Shown: positions 46,207-60,245, counted from the stretch's first letter. The stretch is DNA of 64,000 nt from Hamiltosporidium tvaerminnensis FI-OER-3-3 (GCA_022605425.2 CM061256.1:124001-188000), one strand, 5' to 3'. Translations and numbers: made by a program. Notes: a model not told the origin generated them from the sequence alone.

Positions 46207-48533
46207 ATGTTTATAACAAACAAAATGATCAATCTTACAATTCTAATTTTATATAATCTTACATCTTTCGGATCTATTGGGTCTTATAAGTTCACCTTTC
46301 GATTCAAAGTAAGCAAGAACTGTCAAATTTTATTTTTTCGAGAAAAAAATGACAATATTTTCTCGCCACATGAAAAAATATATGATTGCAAATTTGAAAT
46401 CTTAAATTTTAATAATCCAATGCCATATAATAATAAAAGAAATTGTTTTGTTTATAGAAAGAATAATTACATAAACTTTCAAGTATTGAATGAAATATTA
46501 TTATCAAATACGATTGGAAATAAATACAAGGAAGGAATCTTTGAATGTAACTATGAATTATTTTATTTCTTAAGACTAACTAAAGATATAACAGCAATAC
46601 CGGATGAAATAACTGAATATAAGTTTAAATGTATATTGCTAACTTTACACCATTTGAAAGGAGTAGAAAATAAGCATTTAGTCAAGTTTTTTTGGGCTTT
46701 GATCTATAAAACTTGCAATATTCGAGCAAACAAATATAAAAGAAGACTATTCAAGTTCGAAAAAATTTTTGATTCTGAATTCTCTTCAATAATTGATTTC
46801 TATATAAAACATAACTTAGTACGGGCTTTTTTAAACAATTATATGATGAAATATGTTTGCTGTGATGGTAATATTGTTTTATTAGATAATGATAATGAAT
46901 CCCTTGAAAATTCACTTTTTGATGAAAAGATTCCATATAAAAATCTATTAATAAATAATTACAAAGTATTTTGCAAATTAGAAAATATTTTACGGAATCC
47001 TGATACTTTAAATTGTTTTCAAACGTTATTAAATGAACTCAATATGAAATCACTGATAATAAATGATTATAAAGCCAGGGAGACAAGTGATATCAATACC
47101 GATTTCTACATTTTTTCTATGCATATATACAAATCTATAATTATTGTAGATTTTGTTCGAACACATTCTTCTTTATTTCTTAATAGAGTAAATGATTTAA
47201 TCGAAAGAAATATAGAATATTTAAGTTTGATAAATTTTATAGTTTATAGAGCGGAACTTATTTCCATATTAAATAAACAAAAATTAAAAGGATTGGTATT
47301 AAATTATGTTAATACTGTGGAAAACAGTGATGTCATTAAAGATTTCATAAAATTCAGTGGAACATTAGAATATATTGATTTTAGAGAAATTGGAATATAT
47401 TTTACTTGGTGGTATAATATTTTTGAGACAACAAATATTCGTAAAATAATTCTTTCATTTTCAAATTTATTTGCTCAAAAAAAATTTATAGTAGAATTTT
47501 GTAGAATAGAATTGTATAAGAATATCTTATATTTGGATATAATGTTCTGTATTGTGGAAATAAACACAGAATTCTTCGTTTTGCTAGCTCATTTTAAATC
47601 TTTACAAACTTTTAAAGTCAGTAGGTTTAAAACAACCCCAACCACTGAAGCTCTTTTATCAAAGGCAATTGTTGGTATGAATAACTTAGTATGTTTATCA
47701 ATTCAACAATACAGTATTTCTTCAAATTGCTACATTAATTTGTTTAAAATGCAGCAAATTAAGTTTTTAAATTTGATAAATTTGGATTTGGGAAAATATA
47801 TTCTGAGAATTAGTTTTTTTCCAGAATATACATCTGTAATCAGAATTAACTTAATCAGTATGAATATAAGTCCTGAAAGTCTCAGGGAAATATTTAAATT
47901 AGAAAATTTAATTGATTTGCGCCTAGAATGTTGTTTTTTTCAACCCTTTTCAGATCCAAATTTTACAAGTTTTATGTCAAGAAACATTCGTGCGCTAGAT
48001 TTCTACGGTGCAAATTTAAAAGATATTAAATGTATTAGTATTTTAAATAATCTTAGTTGCGTTGAATCTCTGGATTTATCGGATACTGGTTTGCCGCCTG
48101 GCTATCTTGTAAATTTAAGTTCAAACTGCAACTTAAGCTTAAGATCACTTTCATACGAATTAAATATTTTAGATAAAAATGATTTATCGAGAATAGAGAA
48201 ACTAGTTGTCCTGGAAGAATTAAAACTTTCCAAATGTAAACTTTTGGGATGTAGTTTTAGTGAAATAGGCGATTCTGTGGATTTTTTAATTCTTTAATCA
48301 ATCTAGATTTAGAGTTCGTGGAAATTAAAATAGAAGATTTTCAATATTTTAAAAGATTTAAACACTTAAAAAAATTAAGATGCAGACATTTTGGTTTCGA
48401 TTTAGATGTATTAAAGTGTTTCTTTGTTTCATCTAATATAAATAAGTTTTCAACCGATAATATTGATGAAGAAACTTTTAATAGTTCGTTAGGCAAAATT
48501 CTTTATGAGAAGAATATTGATATACTTGATTAA
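46207..48533 (+). pseudogene. Leucine-rich repeat protein, paralog 4, split by a 1-bp deletion near 48274 (pseudogene or assembly error)
   Basis: ORFs 46207-48297 and 48318-48533 join into a ~775-aa paralog if one base is added at GAT-TC-TGT. This restores IGD.CGFFNSLINLDLEFVEIKIEDF, matching LGNDCGFFNSLVNLNLSFVRIKIEDL in paralog 2. Confidence 0.85.
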
Positions 48534-49919
48534 ACCATTAAAAAATGTTTATATTTGCTTTTTTTCTATTTGGACTTTCTACCCTGAGAATTTTCAGAGG
48601 TTCATTCACAGAATTTCAAGATTATTAATTTTTTTCTTAGTTTTTATTTCGGAAAGATGCTTTATAATATTTCTCAAGTTCAAATATTCATAAAAAATCA
48701 TTATAAATCTGAAATACGTGAGGAGTGTTTTAGTTTTGAAATTTGTATTTCATTAGTTAATATAGCAATTAAATATGAATTTATTTGTCCAACTGTCTTT
48801 GTATTTATGAAATATTGTCTAATTCATTATTGTGGATAACTTTATCACCTGCAATTAGATTTAACGTTTTATTTTGAAAATTTTAAAGTTCCAATCGTAA
48901 TAGAGAAACCATTGTTTGTCTGAAATGATGCCTTTTGTATCTATTTATTTTATTATAATTAAAAAAATCTGTATTTTCAAAAATCAAAGAAAACTCTTTC
49001 TCTAAGAATGAATTTAATTACCAGTTTGTACTAAGCTTATTAAGACCCGAATATTCCTTGATTTTCTTTAAGTTATAGATTTAAAAAATCACAACTTCTT
49101 CTGCGTTTAAAACGATAAACGTTTGAATTAACTTTATATTCTTATTGTTTTAAATTAATGTATCCTTTTACTAATTTATTATATCGTTTCTTGATCAGAA
49201 TGAAATTAACTTTTAAAGATCTTGATCGGGTTATCGAATCATCTTATTTATAGAAAAATGTTTTCGCTTCGTCAAAAAATTATATATTTATATTTGGTAA
49301 GTCTTTAGCTATATAGGGAGATTGTTTCTTTGAATGTGATAATGCCGCGATATTATATTCAAATTTCATTGATATTAGTTCAACATAAACACGGAATTGA
49401 GCACTAACACTGGTTATGCTACCTTCATGTTGCCTTTTTATCATAATTTCCTCTATTTTTATGAGTATATAAAGTCTCTAATTTAGATCAAATTTTGTGG
49501 TAGCTTCATTCCATGTTATCACAGAAGAGATTATAGTAATGACAAAAAAAATATAACTTTTACACTTTTTAGAACATTCTTAGTGTAAACCCATAAAAAC
49601 AACTATTCACAGCATGATTGAAGAAGCGATTGGAACTTTATTAGATTTATATAGCTCATTTACACATAAAATATAAATTTGAATACTTCTGTGGCAAACT
49701 TTTATATAAATTTTTACTTTTTTTAAATCATTCATCTTCGAGAATGTCCTAACAATTAAATTTCTTTATCTTTATCCAAAATTAAATTTATAATTATTAT
49801 ATAAATGCTTATATACAACTTATTCTCTTGATACCACCGAAATCCTATACCATAATAATTCTTACATCATATTTAAAAATTCTACCAACATTACACATTT
49901 CTTATTTCTTCTCTATAAT

Positions 49920-50650
49920 CTTTATTTAAAAGTATCACATCTTTTTAAAATAGTGGCAAGTGTTATATTTGTTTTTATGACATTAACGCAGTTCTAGGTT
50001 TAACATAAATGACTGCTACCCCAACACTCCATCGGTAACCCCTGCGATACCTACGTCCCAAAGCCTTTCATCTATCAGGTGTGTAGAACCTAATTTAATA
50101 GACGAGGCAGTTGCCCGGAGTTCGTTAATGTCCGTTGCATGGAGTGTGATCGAAGGCCGAAGCCCCCCCTGGGCTCCCCCAAGACTATGCAGCATTCCCA
50201 CTTACTCTACACTTTCTGAACCCAATAAACTTCTAGCTAAGATATATTTCAGAGATTTACATGGGGTCCACCTAGACAGTGCAATGTCATACCAACAGGT
50301 ATAACCTGCTACTTAGCTCTCCCGGCTTTTAATGGGTTTTATTTTTATATCTCCCAGGCGCTAAGTTTTTTAACCCGAGTGAGCGAGGCTAGGTTTCCAT
50401 GCTTTTACATGGCAATTACCTACATGTTCAGCTGCGGTTTGCAATTTGGTTACATAAAAAACTACAAATAAATTTGTAGAAAAAGTTTCTCCATTTCTTA
50501 GACCTCTCCTCCTTATAACAACTCCCATGGAACAACCGAAGATGTAGTGTGGTTTTATTCCCACCAAAAATCCAAACAATGACCTCACACCAGTTTCACA
50601 CACTCATTGCCAAGCAGAAAGTTTTTTATGTGGTTATCCTCCCTCCACCC
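49920..50650 (-). mobile_element. Family A repeat, young full-length copy (731 bp) with perfect 12-bp TSD; SINE-like
   Basis: TSD CTTCTCTATAAT at 49908-49919 and 50651-50662. Sense begins GGGTGGAGGGAGGATAACCAC and ends GATACTTTTAAATAAAG. No TIRs. Confidence 0.92.
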
Positions 50651-53600
50651 CTTCTCTATAATATAATATATTTATTTATAAATAAAAAACAAGCTGGTTT
50701 ATTATAAAATCTGGTTTCATGTGATTTTGCAATTTTAAAAAGTATCTGATCAAAGAGAACTTATTGAGCAAGGTTAAAATACGAAGATAGAGCAAAGCAA
50801 TAGTTGGAACTTAATTTGCAATTCATTTATTGAGCCATCAAAGAGTAATGTGATGCAGATAATATAAATAAGATCATATTTTTTCTTTTAATAAGCTCTA
50901 TATTCAGATTACATATGTTTCTTTATCAAGCTTTCAAATATTTTTAAAGTTTATTTTCTCGGAAATATAATTTGTTGAAAGTTCATCGTAAAATACTTTA
51001 CAAGTAAAATTTTTGACAGTCAGTAAACGAAGTGAGTATGATAGATTATTGATCAAATTTTTAATATGTGTTTAAAGCCTTTAAAAATTGATAGTTTAAA
51101 ATAAATCATAAATTTAAAGGGATTATAACAATGTTCAGTTATTACTCAAATCGAAGTATTAAACGTTATAACATCTATAAAAGGAAATATTTGAAGCGTA
51201 TAACTGAAATAGTTCTATTTCTCATAGATCAGCTATGTGAATACTAACGTAAAAAAAATTAAACCGGTTCATGGCCAATTCAATAGTAATTTATCAGTTT
51301 TCTTAACTTTCAAGGAGCAAAACCTGCTAAAAATTACATTTAAAACGGTATTATTAGGGAAAAACTATCATGTTGTTAATGCATCAAAATAAGATTTTTA
51401 AAATGTAAATCAGTAAAAAAATATTTTTAATGTTCGTAAATTTGAAATTGACAAAGTAGTAACATAATTCATTCTTAAAAAAGACCAGGAAATTGCCTAA
51501 GAAAAATAAATTGATTGCATTTTTATAGCCTGGATTGGCCTATTTGCATTTGCTATATATAAGACTCGAGAAATAACCTTTTGGTTTAGAAGAATCTTGT
51601 TTTTAATCTTAGATATATTGTAGATAAAAGTATAGAAACTGGTAGAAACCAAAGGAATATAGGTTGTACTTTTTTTATTGATATTTTTTTAAAAAATTGA
51701 ACATTTATACATCAAATTATGACACTCAGTTCCATAAACCTTGCCATTCGAAAACATCTGTTTGTATATATCTGCTCAATGTCTTTTCTCTTAGAAAAAT
51801 TTGTAGATCTATTGTAATAAAAAAGTAAAATTTTACTCAATAAATAGAATATATTATTTCAGCAAAATATTTACTTTTATGTTCCTGTAGAATAGTATTT
51901 TTTCTACATAGAAGTTTGAAAATTTGTTAGCATCCTTTTCATTTCTGATAAAAATAAAGTTTATTTTTTCAATAAGCGCATTTTATACGTTATACTATCT
52001 CGTAAGTAAATATTATTACTCGATTTATAATCCTATGCAGTTTCAAATATTAATACATTAAATCGAGCTATTATATTCTTATTTACTAACACTCTTTTAA
52101 ATTACATACACTATCAAACTATATTTTTTAATTTTAATCAAATGAATATTTATGGTCTGATTCATTTTAAAATATTATAACGTCACTGTAAACTCTCATA
52201 TCGACGTAAAGTTATATCATGTATTTCCAGCGCACTAATATGTAATTTAAAGTCATAAAAGAATTAGACCGTGCTTTTTGCAGTAAATATTCTGAAATTT
52301 ATTTTTTTCTTAGTGGAATATCAATTTCAATTGTTTCCCCATTTTATTGTTAAACTTTTATGGTTTATGTATTACCGCTAATCGAATATGATAGATAATA
52401 ATTGGTATATAAATAATAAATGCTATGAAATATATATTTATTATTCTTTTTTAAATGCATTTCGAGAAATAAGTTTATATTTACGTATTCTAACATAAAT
52501 TTAAATTTAATTTGATTTTGAACATTTTAAAACTGTTCGATTTACAAAATGAATTTTTCATTCACTCTGGTTTAATGGTTTTACATATGGAGAACTATCT
52601 TATACTTAAGAATATAATCATAATGAAATAGAAATATTAGCATGAAGAATGGGCAATGACTTTCGATTGTATTCCAACGCAATGCAAAAGAGCCTGATGT
52701 TCGCAAATAAAAAAAAATATTTTTACCAGATGATTACATATTCGAATCGTTTACGCAATATGTTAAGATAATGTAATTCCCTAAATTCATCGTTTACTTT
52801 TTCTAAATACATTATATTCAGTTCAAAGTGAGAAATTTCATCGCCTTAAGCAATCTTGTAAGCTCCGCTTTTCTTTTCGATTCGATTTCTATAGATTACA
52901 AGGATAGGCATGATTTCTCCTTAAGAAAGAGTATATTTTTAATTATCTATGTTTTTTTTAATATAATAATTCTATTCCTTGAATATTTAGATGTTTGATT
53001 TACTATCAGATTGTTAGTTTTTCTTTCTATAGAGAATTACGAGCATGTACTGCGATAATAAATTATTATGTGGAAATAATATGGTTAGTATAATCTTCAG
53101 ATTTATTTGAGATAAATTATATATGTTTCCAAAGTTTTTTATCCTCGTACTAAGAAAAATTATAACTTTATTGTAATAAGTACTTTTTTTAGCTTTTTAG
53201 ACAATACTGTATTAATTGGAACACATAATATATAGCTGGGATATTGCATTGCTTTACATATTCTTTCAAACCAAAAATTTATCTGAGAAAAAATGTAAAT
53301 ATTAAGAAAAGTATATGTTCACACAAAGTATAAATTATTTTAGATACGATAATTATTTACTTTGGGTTGTAACTTGTATAAATGTTGTTTAAATTAGTTG
53401 AATCCAAATTATGTTTAGTCTATGTTCTTGCACTAATTAATTCTTCAGCATAATTCTAAGATTATGAAAAATGAATCAAAAATTGGATAGCACAATATGT
53501 CTATTCATTTGAAAATGAAAAATTTCTATTAAAACAGTTGAAAACAGTCCACGTAATAGTTTACGAACCCACAATTTTAAAACATTTCATACATAAAATC

Positions 53601-54024
53601 TATATTCAAAAACCAATAATACATGAATAGCTTTGTACTTCGCCGACTTCCATATACTTATAATATTAGAAATTAGTGAGCAGATTTTTTTGTACAATTT
53701 ACACCGCGAAATTTCTTAATTATATGAAGAAAGTTGAGTTTATACTAAAATAGATCCTAATATTGAAATTTATCACAAAGTTTCGTCTTTTAAATAAATG
53801 CATTCTTATTTGCACGAAAAGAATGATTTTTTAAATTCCGGGTTGAATCACTATTATAAACGACAAAAAATATATCCATTGATTAAAAACTATCTTTCGA
53901 TTAAAAATTTTTGGTTTATAGTTTTAAAGAATTGAATTGACACTTCAATATATTTTAAAAAAAGTTAGCGTAAATTTCGCTTTTGAATATTAAAATGCTA
54001 TTAAGTTTTTGAAAATTTAATTAA

Positions 54025-56451
54025 ATGTTTTTAATCTATCAAAATATAAAAAGTATTTGGTTGATTATATTAAATAATTTATTTAAAAAGAATTTTTCGC
54101 CTTTCGATACAGATAGGATGAATATGCTTTTAAATTTAAATGCGAAAATGCTTTCGAATAGAAAAATATACCATCCTTGGATTCATATCATATATGCTAT
54201 GTCTTTGGAATTAGTTGCTTCTTATAAGTATAGCTTTAATTACAAAAATAATAAAAACACCCAAATTCTATTTTTCTGCGAACAAAACCAAGAAATTTCT
54301 TTTAAAGAAGAAATATATGAAGATTACAAATTGAATTTTATTTATAATACTGATTTAAAGCCACCTAAAAATGAAAGATATTGTTTTGCTTACAGAAAAA
54401 ATAATTATATTAATTTTGAAGTATTAGATGAACTATTATCATTAAAGCAATTTGAAAACATATACGAAAATAGAATTATTCAATGTAACTTTGATTTGTC
54501 CTATTTCTTGAAATTGACCAATGATATAACAGAAATACCAGAAAGATTAAACAGCTATCAATTTAAATGTATATCAACAACTTTACAGTATCTGAAAGCG
54601 AAGGAAAATAATAACTTAATTAGATTTTTTCAAATTCTGCTACTAAAAATGGATTTGAATTCAACCAAAAATTTTAAGTTTCAAGAAATATTCGATTCGG
54701 GTTTTTTTAATATTATTGATTGCTATATAAAATTTAATTTAATTTTGGCGTTTTTAAGCAATTATATGATTAAATATTTTTGCATAGCTGGCAATATAGT
54801 TCTATTAGATAGTGATAGAGAATCATTTGACACTTCACTTTTCAATGAATATATTCCATATAAAAATTTATTGCTAAATAATCATCAAGTGTTTTGTAGA
54901 TTAGAAAATATATTAAAAGATCAAAATTGTTTTAATACATTTCATATATTATTAAATGAAATTAACGTAAAATCACTGATAATAAATAGTAATTATTTAA
55001 TGCGATCATTGTATTTAGGCTCTCGATTTTCCATTCTTTCAACTGATAACTGGAAAGCTATTACGATTGCAAATTTTATATGTTCTTTTTCATCATTTCT
55101 ATCTAGACTAAATCTAGCCATAAAGAAAGATATAGAATTTTTAACGCTGAAAAATGTATCTACTCATAGAACGACACTTATTTCTATTTTAAAAAAATAC
55201 GAAATCAAGGGATTGGTGTTAATTCATGTTGGTGTTTTCGAAAACTTCGATTATGTTGAAGATCATATTAAATTCAATAAAAAAATAGAATATATAAATT
55301 TTGGAAATGTCGGAACATATTTTAAATGGTGGCAAAGTATTTTTGTGAGCACAAATATTCAAAGAATAATTCTTTCGTTTTCTAGTTTCGTTGCACAGAC
55401 GAACTTTATAAAAGAATTTTGTAAAGAAAAATCCTATACTCATATTAAATATTTAGAACTTATGTTTTGCCATAGAAAATTATTGGCAAAGTTTTTCGAT
55501 TCATTATCGGCTTTTAAATCTTTACAAACACTAAAAATCAGTGGATTTGAAACCGATGAAAATACTGAACCACTTTTTTTGAAAGCGATTGAAAGTATGA
55601 ATAACTTGGAACATTTAACCATTCAGCAGCATTATATTTGCGCAAACTCTTATAATCTTTTGTTTAGAGATCGAAAATTGAAGACACTTCATTTAGAAAA
55701 CCTTTCATTAGGAATTGGAATTTTGCAAATATTTTTTTTCAACAATTATACTTCTTTGACTAAACTAGTTTTAATACACATAAATATAAGTCAGGTGGGT
55801 CTAACTGATATTTTCAAATTAAAAAATTTATCAGATATTCGTTTAGAATGTTGTTCTTTTCATTTAACTACCGAATACAACGGTTTAAATTTTATGTCAC
55901 GGAAAATACGTGTTCTAAATCTACTAGGTTCACATATTAAAGCTATAGGCGGTATTAAAATCTTTGAAAGTGTTGATTCCTTAGAGATTTTAGATTTATC
56001 AAAAAGTGGACTGATGCCTGGTGATCTAGAAGATTCAGGTATGAAATGGAATTCGAGCCTAAAATCTCTTTCGCTGAAACAAGGAGTTCTAGATATAAAA
56101 AATTTAAATAGAATTGAGAAATTTGAAGTACTGGAAAGATTGAATCTTTCAAAATGTGTATTTGTTCGTTGTTTTTTCAGAGAAATCAGTAATTATTGCA
56201 GATTTTTTAATTCGTTAAACAATTTTTATTTACGAGATGTCGATATAAAATTAGAAGATCTTAGATATTTAAAAAAGTTTATGAAACTTAAGAAACTATC
56301 ATGTAGACTTTCTAGTTTATATTTATCAACTGCAACTAAATATATAATTTCATTATCTTTGTACGAATTCAGAACATATATGATTGATGGAGATGAAAAT
56401 TTTGATAAACTTCGGAAATATCTGCAAGAGGAAAATATAAATTATATGTAA
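54025..56451 (+). CDS. Leucine-rich repeat protein, paralog 5
   Basis: 808-aa ORF with family motifs and LRRs. The signal-like WIHIIYAMSLELVAS suggests the real start is a downstream ATG. Confidence 0.9.
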   Translation: MFLIYQNIKSIWLIILNNLFKKNFSPFDTDRMNMLLNLNAKMLSNRKIYHPWIHIIYAMSLELVASYKYSFNYKNNKNTQILFFCEQNQEISFKEEIYEDYKLNFIYNTDLKPPKNERYCFAYRKNNYINFEVLDELLSLKQFENIYENRIIQCNFDLSYFLKLTNDITEIPERLNSYQFKCISTTLQYLKAKENNNLIRFFQILLLKMDLNSTKNFKFQEIFDSGFFNIIDCYIKFNLILAFLSNYMIKYFCIAGNIVLLDSDRESFDTSLFNEYIPYKNLLLNNHQVFCRLENILKDQNCFNTFHILLNEINVKSLIINSNYLMRSLYLGSRFSILSTDNWKAITIANFICSFSSFLSRLNLAIKKDIEFLTLKNVSTHRTTLISILKKYEIKGLVLIHVGVFENFDYVEDHIKFNKKIEYINFGNVGTYFKWWQSIFVSTNIQRIILSFSSFVAQTNFIKEFCKEKSYTHIKYLELMFCHRKLLAKFFDSLSAFKSLQTLKISGFETDENTEPLFLKAIESMNNLEHLTIQQHYICANSYNLLFRDRKLKTLHLENLSLGIGILQIFFFNNYTSLTKLVLIHINISQVGLTDIFKLKNLSDIRLECCSFHLTTEYNGLNFMSRKIRVLNLLGSHIKAIGGIKIFESVDSLEILDLSKSGLMPGDLEDSGMKWNSSLKSLSLKQGVLDIKNLNRIEKFEVLERLNLSKCVFVRCFFREISNYCRFFNSLNNFYLRDVDIKLEDLRYLKKFMKLKKLSCRLSSLYLSTATKYIISLSLYEFRTYMIDGDENFDKLRKYLQEENINYM

Positions 56452-59400
56452 AATGTCTTTTTATTTAATATTTCATAATTTTGAAGAAGAATTTAAAGTT
56501 TTTAAATGTTTTAAATAAATATGTGCCTCTCATTTCACAGCGAAAAATCTTATACGATTCTTCAGCTCACCTTTTCTAAGAAAGAATTGTTAATAATCTG
56601 TTTTTGGCTGGTTTGATAATTCAAAAAAAAAACTAACAATAAATATCTTCTTTTTAAATGTATGTAGGATTGGGTAATGTAGCATTCACCAGACAAAAAT
56701 TTTAGAAATATTAAATTATATTTAATTTAAGTCGCCAATATAAATGTTTGGACTATAAATACGGCTAACCTAATGCTAATAATATTTAAAATATTATAGA
56801 ACAATAATGTCTAACCGGAACAAACTTCACAATTATAAAAAATATTTAATTGTTTGAATAGTTTTGATTTTTACTTCTATAAAATTATACATAAGTAAAT
56901 ATATTTTTTTCTAGGTTTTTTTGTATTTTATTTCTAAGCAAAAAATATAGTGTGACATAAATGTCGTAGTTTGAATAATAATTATAAGATTTTATGCAAG
57001 TAAATAATTTATAGCAAAACGAAATTATTAAATGAAATTTTTTTCTGAGAAATTAATATCTAATAATCTGTTTTATTTAATATAGCAATTAGATTTCAAA
57101 TAGCATGATACAATATAATTACTTGTTCTATTGAAAACTTTAGATATAAGAACTGGTTAATTAAATAATATTGCAGTTTAATAAATCATTATTGATGTGT
57201 TTATCAGTTATTTTTAATTATTAGAAAGTTACACAAAAATTTAAGCCAAGTATAATACGAAAATCAGAATGTGATAAAAATGGATTGGAAAACTTACAGA
57301 TAATAGAGAAAACCTGGCTATATTTATAAAAAAACTATAAATCAAAGCAGAATAACATGCGTTATATATCGTTATGAATATAAACGGTAAATTTTGGAGA
57401 GTATTTGCACAATCAAAACCATCATTGCTAATATAAGAAGTAAAAAAAAAATTAAGTACATAGATCAATCGAGGATTTAAAAGCATGCATAAGAATTTAA
57501 GAAATCTAAAACTTGGGGAATAAACTAAAAAAAGACAAATAAATGTCTGTTGCTTTATTTTTATTCAATAATATAACACTTAATATATTTCTACGAGCCA
57601 GAAAATCGATATGTATTAAAATGAAATACCAATATTTCAATATACAATAGGATTGAAATATAAAAATCCTTTTAAATAAAGAACAGCCACCAGAAATAAT
57701 AAAATATTATCTTAAACGAAATCAGAATGGTATAATTTGTGGTTTTTTTGACAAATAAATAGCTAAAACAACTTTTTTTGCTTTTAAAACAAAAAATATT
57801 ACTTGTAATAACCTATTAAAATATCACAAAATTTAAGATGAAAAGTTATTTTTTTGGAAATTGGTGTAAAATAATCAAAAAAAGATTCATTGAGTGAAAC
57901 ATTCAGTTTTCTTAGTTAAATCCGATCATATAATATTTCTCTAAAGTTTAGTTTTAATTCAATAAATAAGATTAAACTTAATTTTTAAAATGTTTCAAGC
58001 GCCCGTTAATATTATTTGAAGCGTTTTTCGGTTACTTTTATATAAAACAAGATACTTTCTATGTGATATATCATTTCCATCCCAATATTCATTAAATAGA
58101 ATATTAAAGTAAATTTATTGAAAATCTAATGGTCATATTATGATTAAAAACATGTTATATATAAAATTCTAAAAATTCTGATTAAAAATTGAAATAATTT
58201 TTCGCATTATCACTTTAAAGTAGATTTTTGATTAAAATGAACCTCTTTACTTTTTTTAAACTTTTATACAGGTGGTGTAGTAAATTGGCTCTCTTTAATC
58301 CTATTTGGCACTTATATTATTGATTAGATTCTGTAATAAAATAAAATTTTGAGTTTTTTTATTATATTTTTAAATGATACAAATTAAATAAGCATTGTGT
58401 GTATTTTTCACAAACTCAAAAAAATAGTTTTTTTTTAATAGTGCTTCATTGTAAGAAAATTATGATATTTAGAAATTGTTTTTAAACACAAGAAGTTGTT
58501 CATAAATTCGAAAACAAGCAGTCATCTTTTAGAGTGTTATAAATGACTTAATGCATAAGAGCTATATATCTGTATCATATAAATATTTTGGTAAGTATTG
58601 ATGTTCTTCATAATCACAAATATATCAAATCCAAAAATTTATTTTTTTACCGAAAAAAAAGTTCCTTAAAATTCAGTAAAAAAATATTTGATAAATTAAC
58701 ATAAAATATTTGTAACAAATCTTAAACTATTAATAAAAAGAAAAAATATATTCACCATACATTTTTAACTATATTATTATATCTTTCTGTAATTTAATCT
58801 ATCTACCATGTATATTACTTATTTGATAAACGGTAAAAATATTAAACTTATTTTTAGTCGCCCTTTTTTTCAAGATATTACTTAGAATAAGGTTAAGGTT
58901 ACACTTTATAATGTCTATAAATATATCATGTAGATATTTGTATGAAGATAAAACACAATAAAAACAATTTTTCTTTGGTCTAATCTACTTATATGTGTAA
59001 AGTTTTGGTAAAATTATAAGAACTACAAGTTCTTGTAAGATAGAAAATTTTTATATGACAACCTGTTACTCTATCAAAGCATGTAAATTACTGGATTTTG
59101 GTAGGAATTAGAGTATATATACTACTAAGTTAGAATTCTGATTTTAGATATGTCTAATGTTTGAATATTTACATCTTCACATAATTTGCGTTATTTTTTT
59201 TATCAATAGACATTCTATGTTTATTAATAGAGTTATACGCTTTAATCGATTTACTTATTTTAATTAATCAGGTTTTTTGATCAATTTTTTTAATTTAAGA
59301 AAGATTGTGGAGAATATCAGATTAAAAATATTGTTAGTAACACAGAATTTATAAAAAAATACCTTTTAGTAACAATAATTTTTATTTTAATAAGCTTAAT

Positions 59401-60159
59401 AGGTTTTAAAAGGCATCTTCTAAGTAATAATATAGGTTTTTGTGGCTATAGATAAACCAAAAGTTATCTAGACATGACAGAAAACCTTAATTTTTTTTCC
59501 TAAAAGAAACTCATGCATTTAAAATTTACTTTTTAAATAAACTACGAAAAAATTGATAAAAAGATGTATCGAAAATACCAAAATTTTTTAAAAAAACTAA
59601 TGAGAAATCAATATCTTTTTTGGTTAATCAGCCCTCTAAATTATTTTAATTGTAATCGTAAATGTATTCAATGCGTTGAATCATTCATATGTAACTTGGG
59701 TTGTAAAATAACCTACTCTTTTTATTTGGTATATTAGAAATATAGATATATTTTGAAAAAAAATGAACTGTGATCATCCTTAAGAAATTAAAAATATTGT
59801 TTAACAATTCCCTGGTTCATTTTGGCATTATACCTTGAATTATTCTATAAAAAATATCAAATGAAATCATTGGATAAAAAACGATATAAATTTTAAGTTT
59901 TTAGTATCAAAAACCTAAACAAAATCAACAGCTAAAGGAATTTTATATATTTTATACCGGAAATATGCTTTTTAAATAATATATCATATCCTTATTATTC
60001 TACCAAAAATTGGATAAAAAAACTTAAATAGTAAAGTTTGTTTACCAATTTCTCGAAATATTTTCATACAAAAGAAATAGAAAAAAATCTTTATCGGATA
60101 CCTAATTGATAACTACTGATAGTTCGAAGATTCACCCTTGATTTTTTACCTAGAGTGCT

Positions 60160-60220
60160 ATTGTGACAAAATACCATAAGCTGTACCTAAAAAGGCTTCA
60201 AATACCCAGTAATGAAGCAT
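60160..60220 (+). mobile_element. Short internal fragment of the R4-like element
   Basis: ATTGTGACAAAATACCATAAGCTGTACCTAAAAAGGCTTCAAATACCC encodes IVTKYHKLYLKRLQIP, vs IVTKYHKTYLKRLQIP in copy 1. Confidence 0.7.
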
Positions 60221-60245
60221 TTATAAAACCTCTGCTTGTTTTATT

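Noticed and set aside
49330-49550. Another minus-strand R4 relic (CCATGTTATCACAGAAG)
   Set aside because: Only a ~15-nt convincing match; could not extend reliably by eye.
50016-50603. Short ORFs within family A (50016-50201, 50370-50603) and family B (11890-12108)
   Set aside because: Frames are not preserved between near-identical copies (indels and stops), and some start at GTG.
49920-50650. Solo LTR interpretation of family A
   Set aside because: No TG...CA termini, and a 12-bp rather than 4-6 bp TSD. The tandem pair at 16.9/17.8 kb is too diverged and too closely spaced to be paired LTRs.
58267-58812. Possible Tc1/mariner MITE (TACAGGTGGTGTAGTAAATT ... AATTTAATCTATCTACCATGTA)
   Set aside because: The inverted repeats need several gaps to align, and only one copy is seen.
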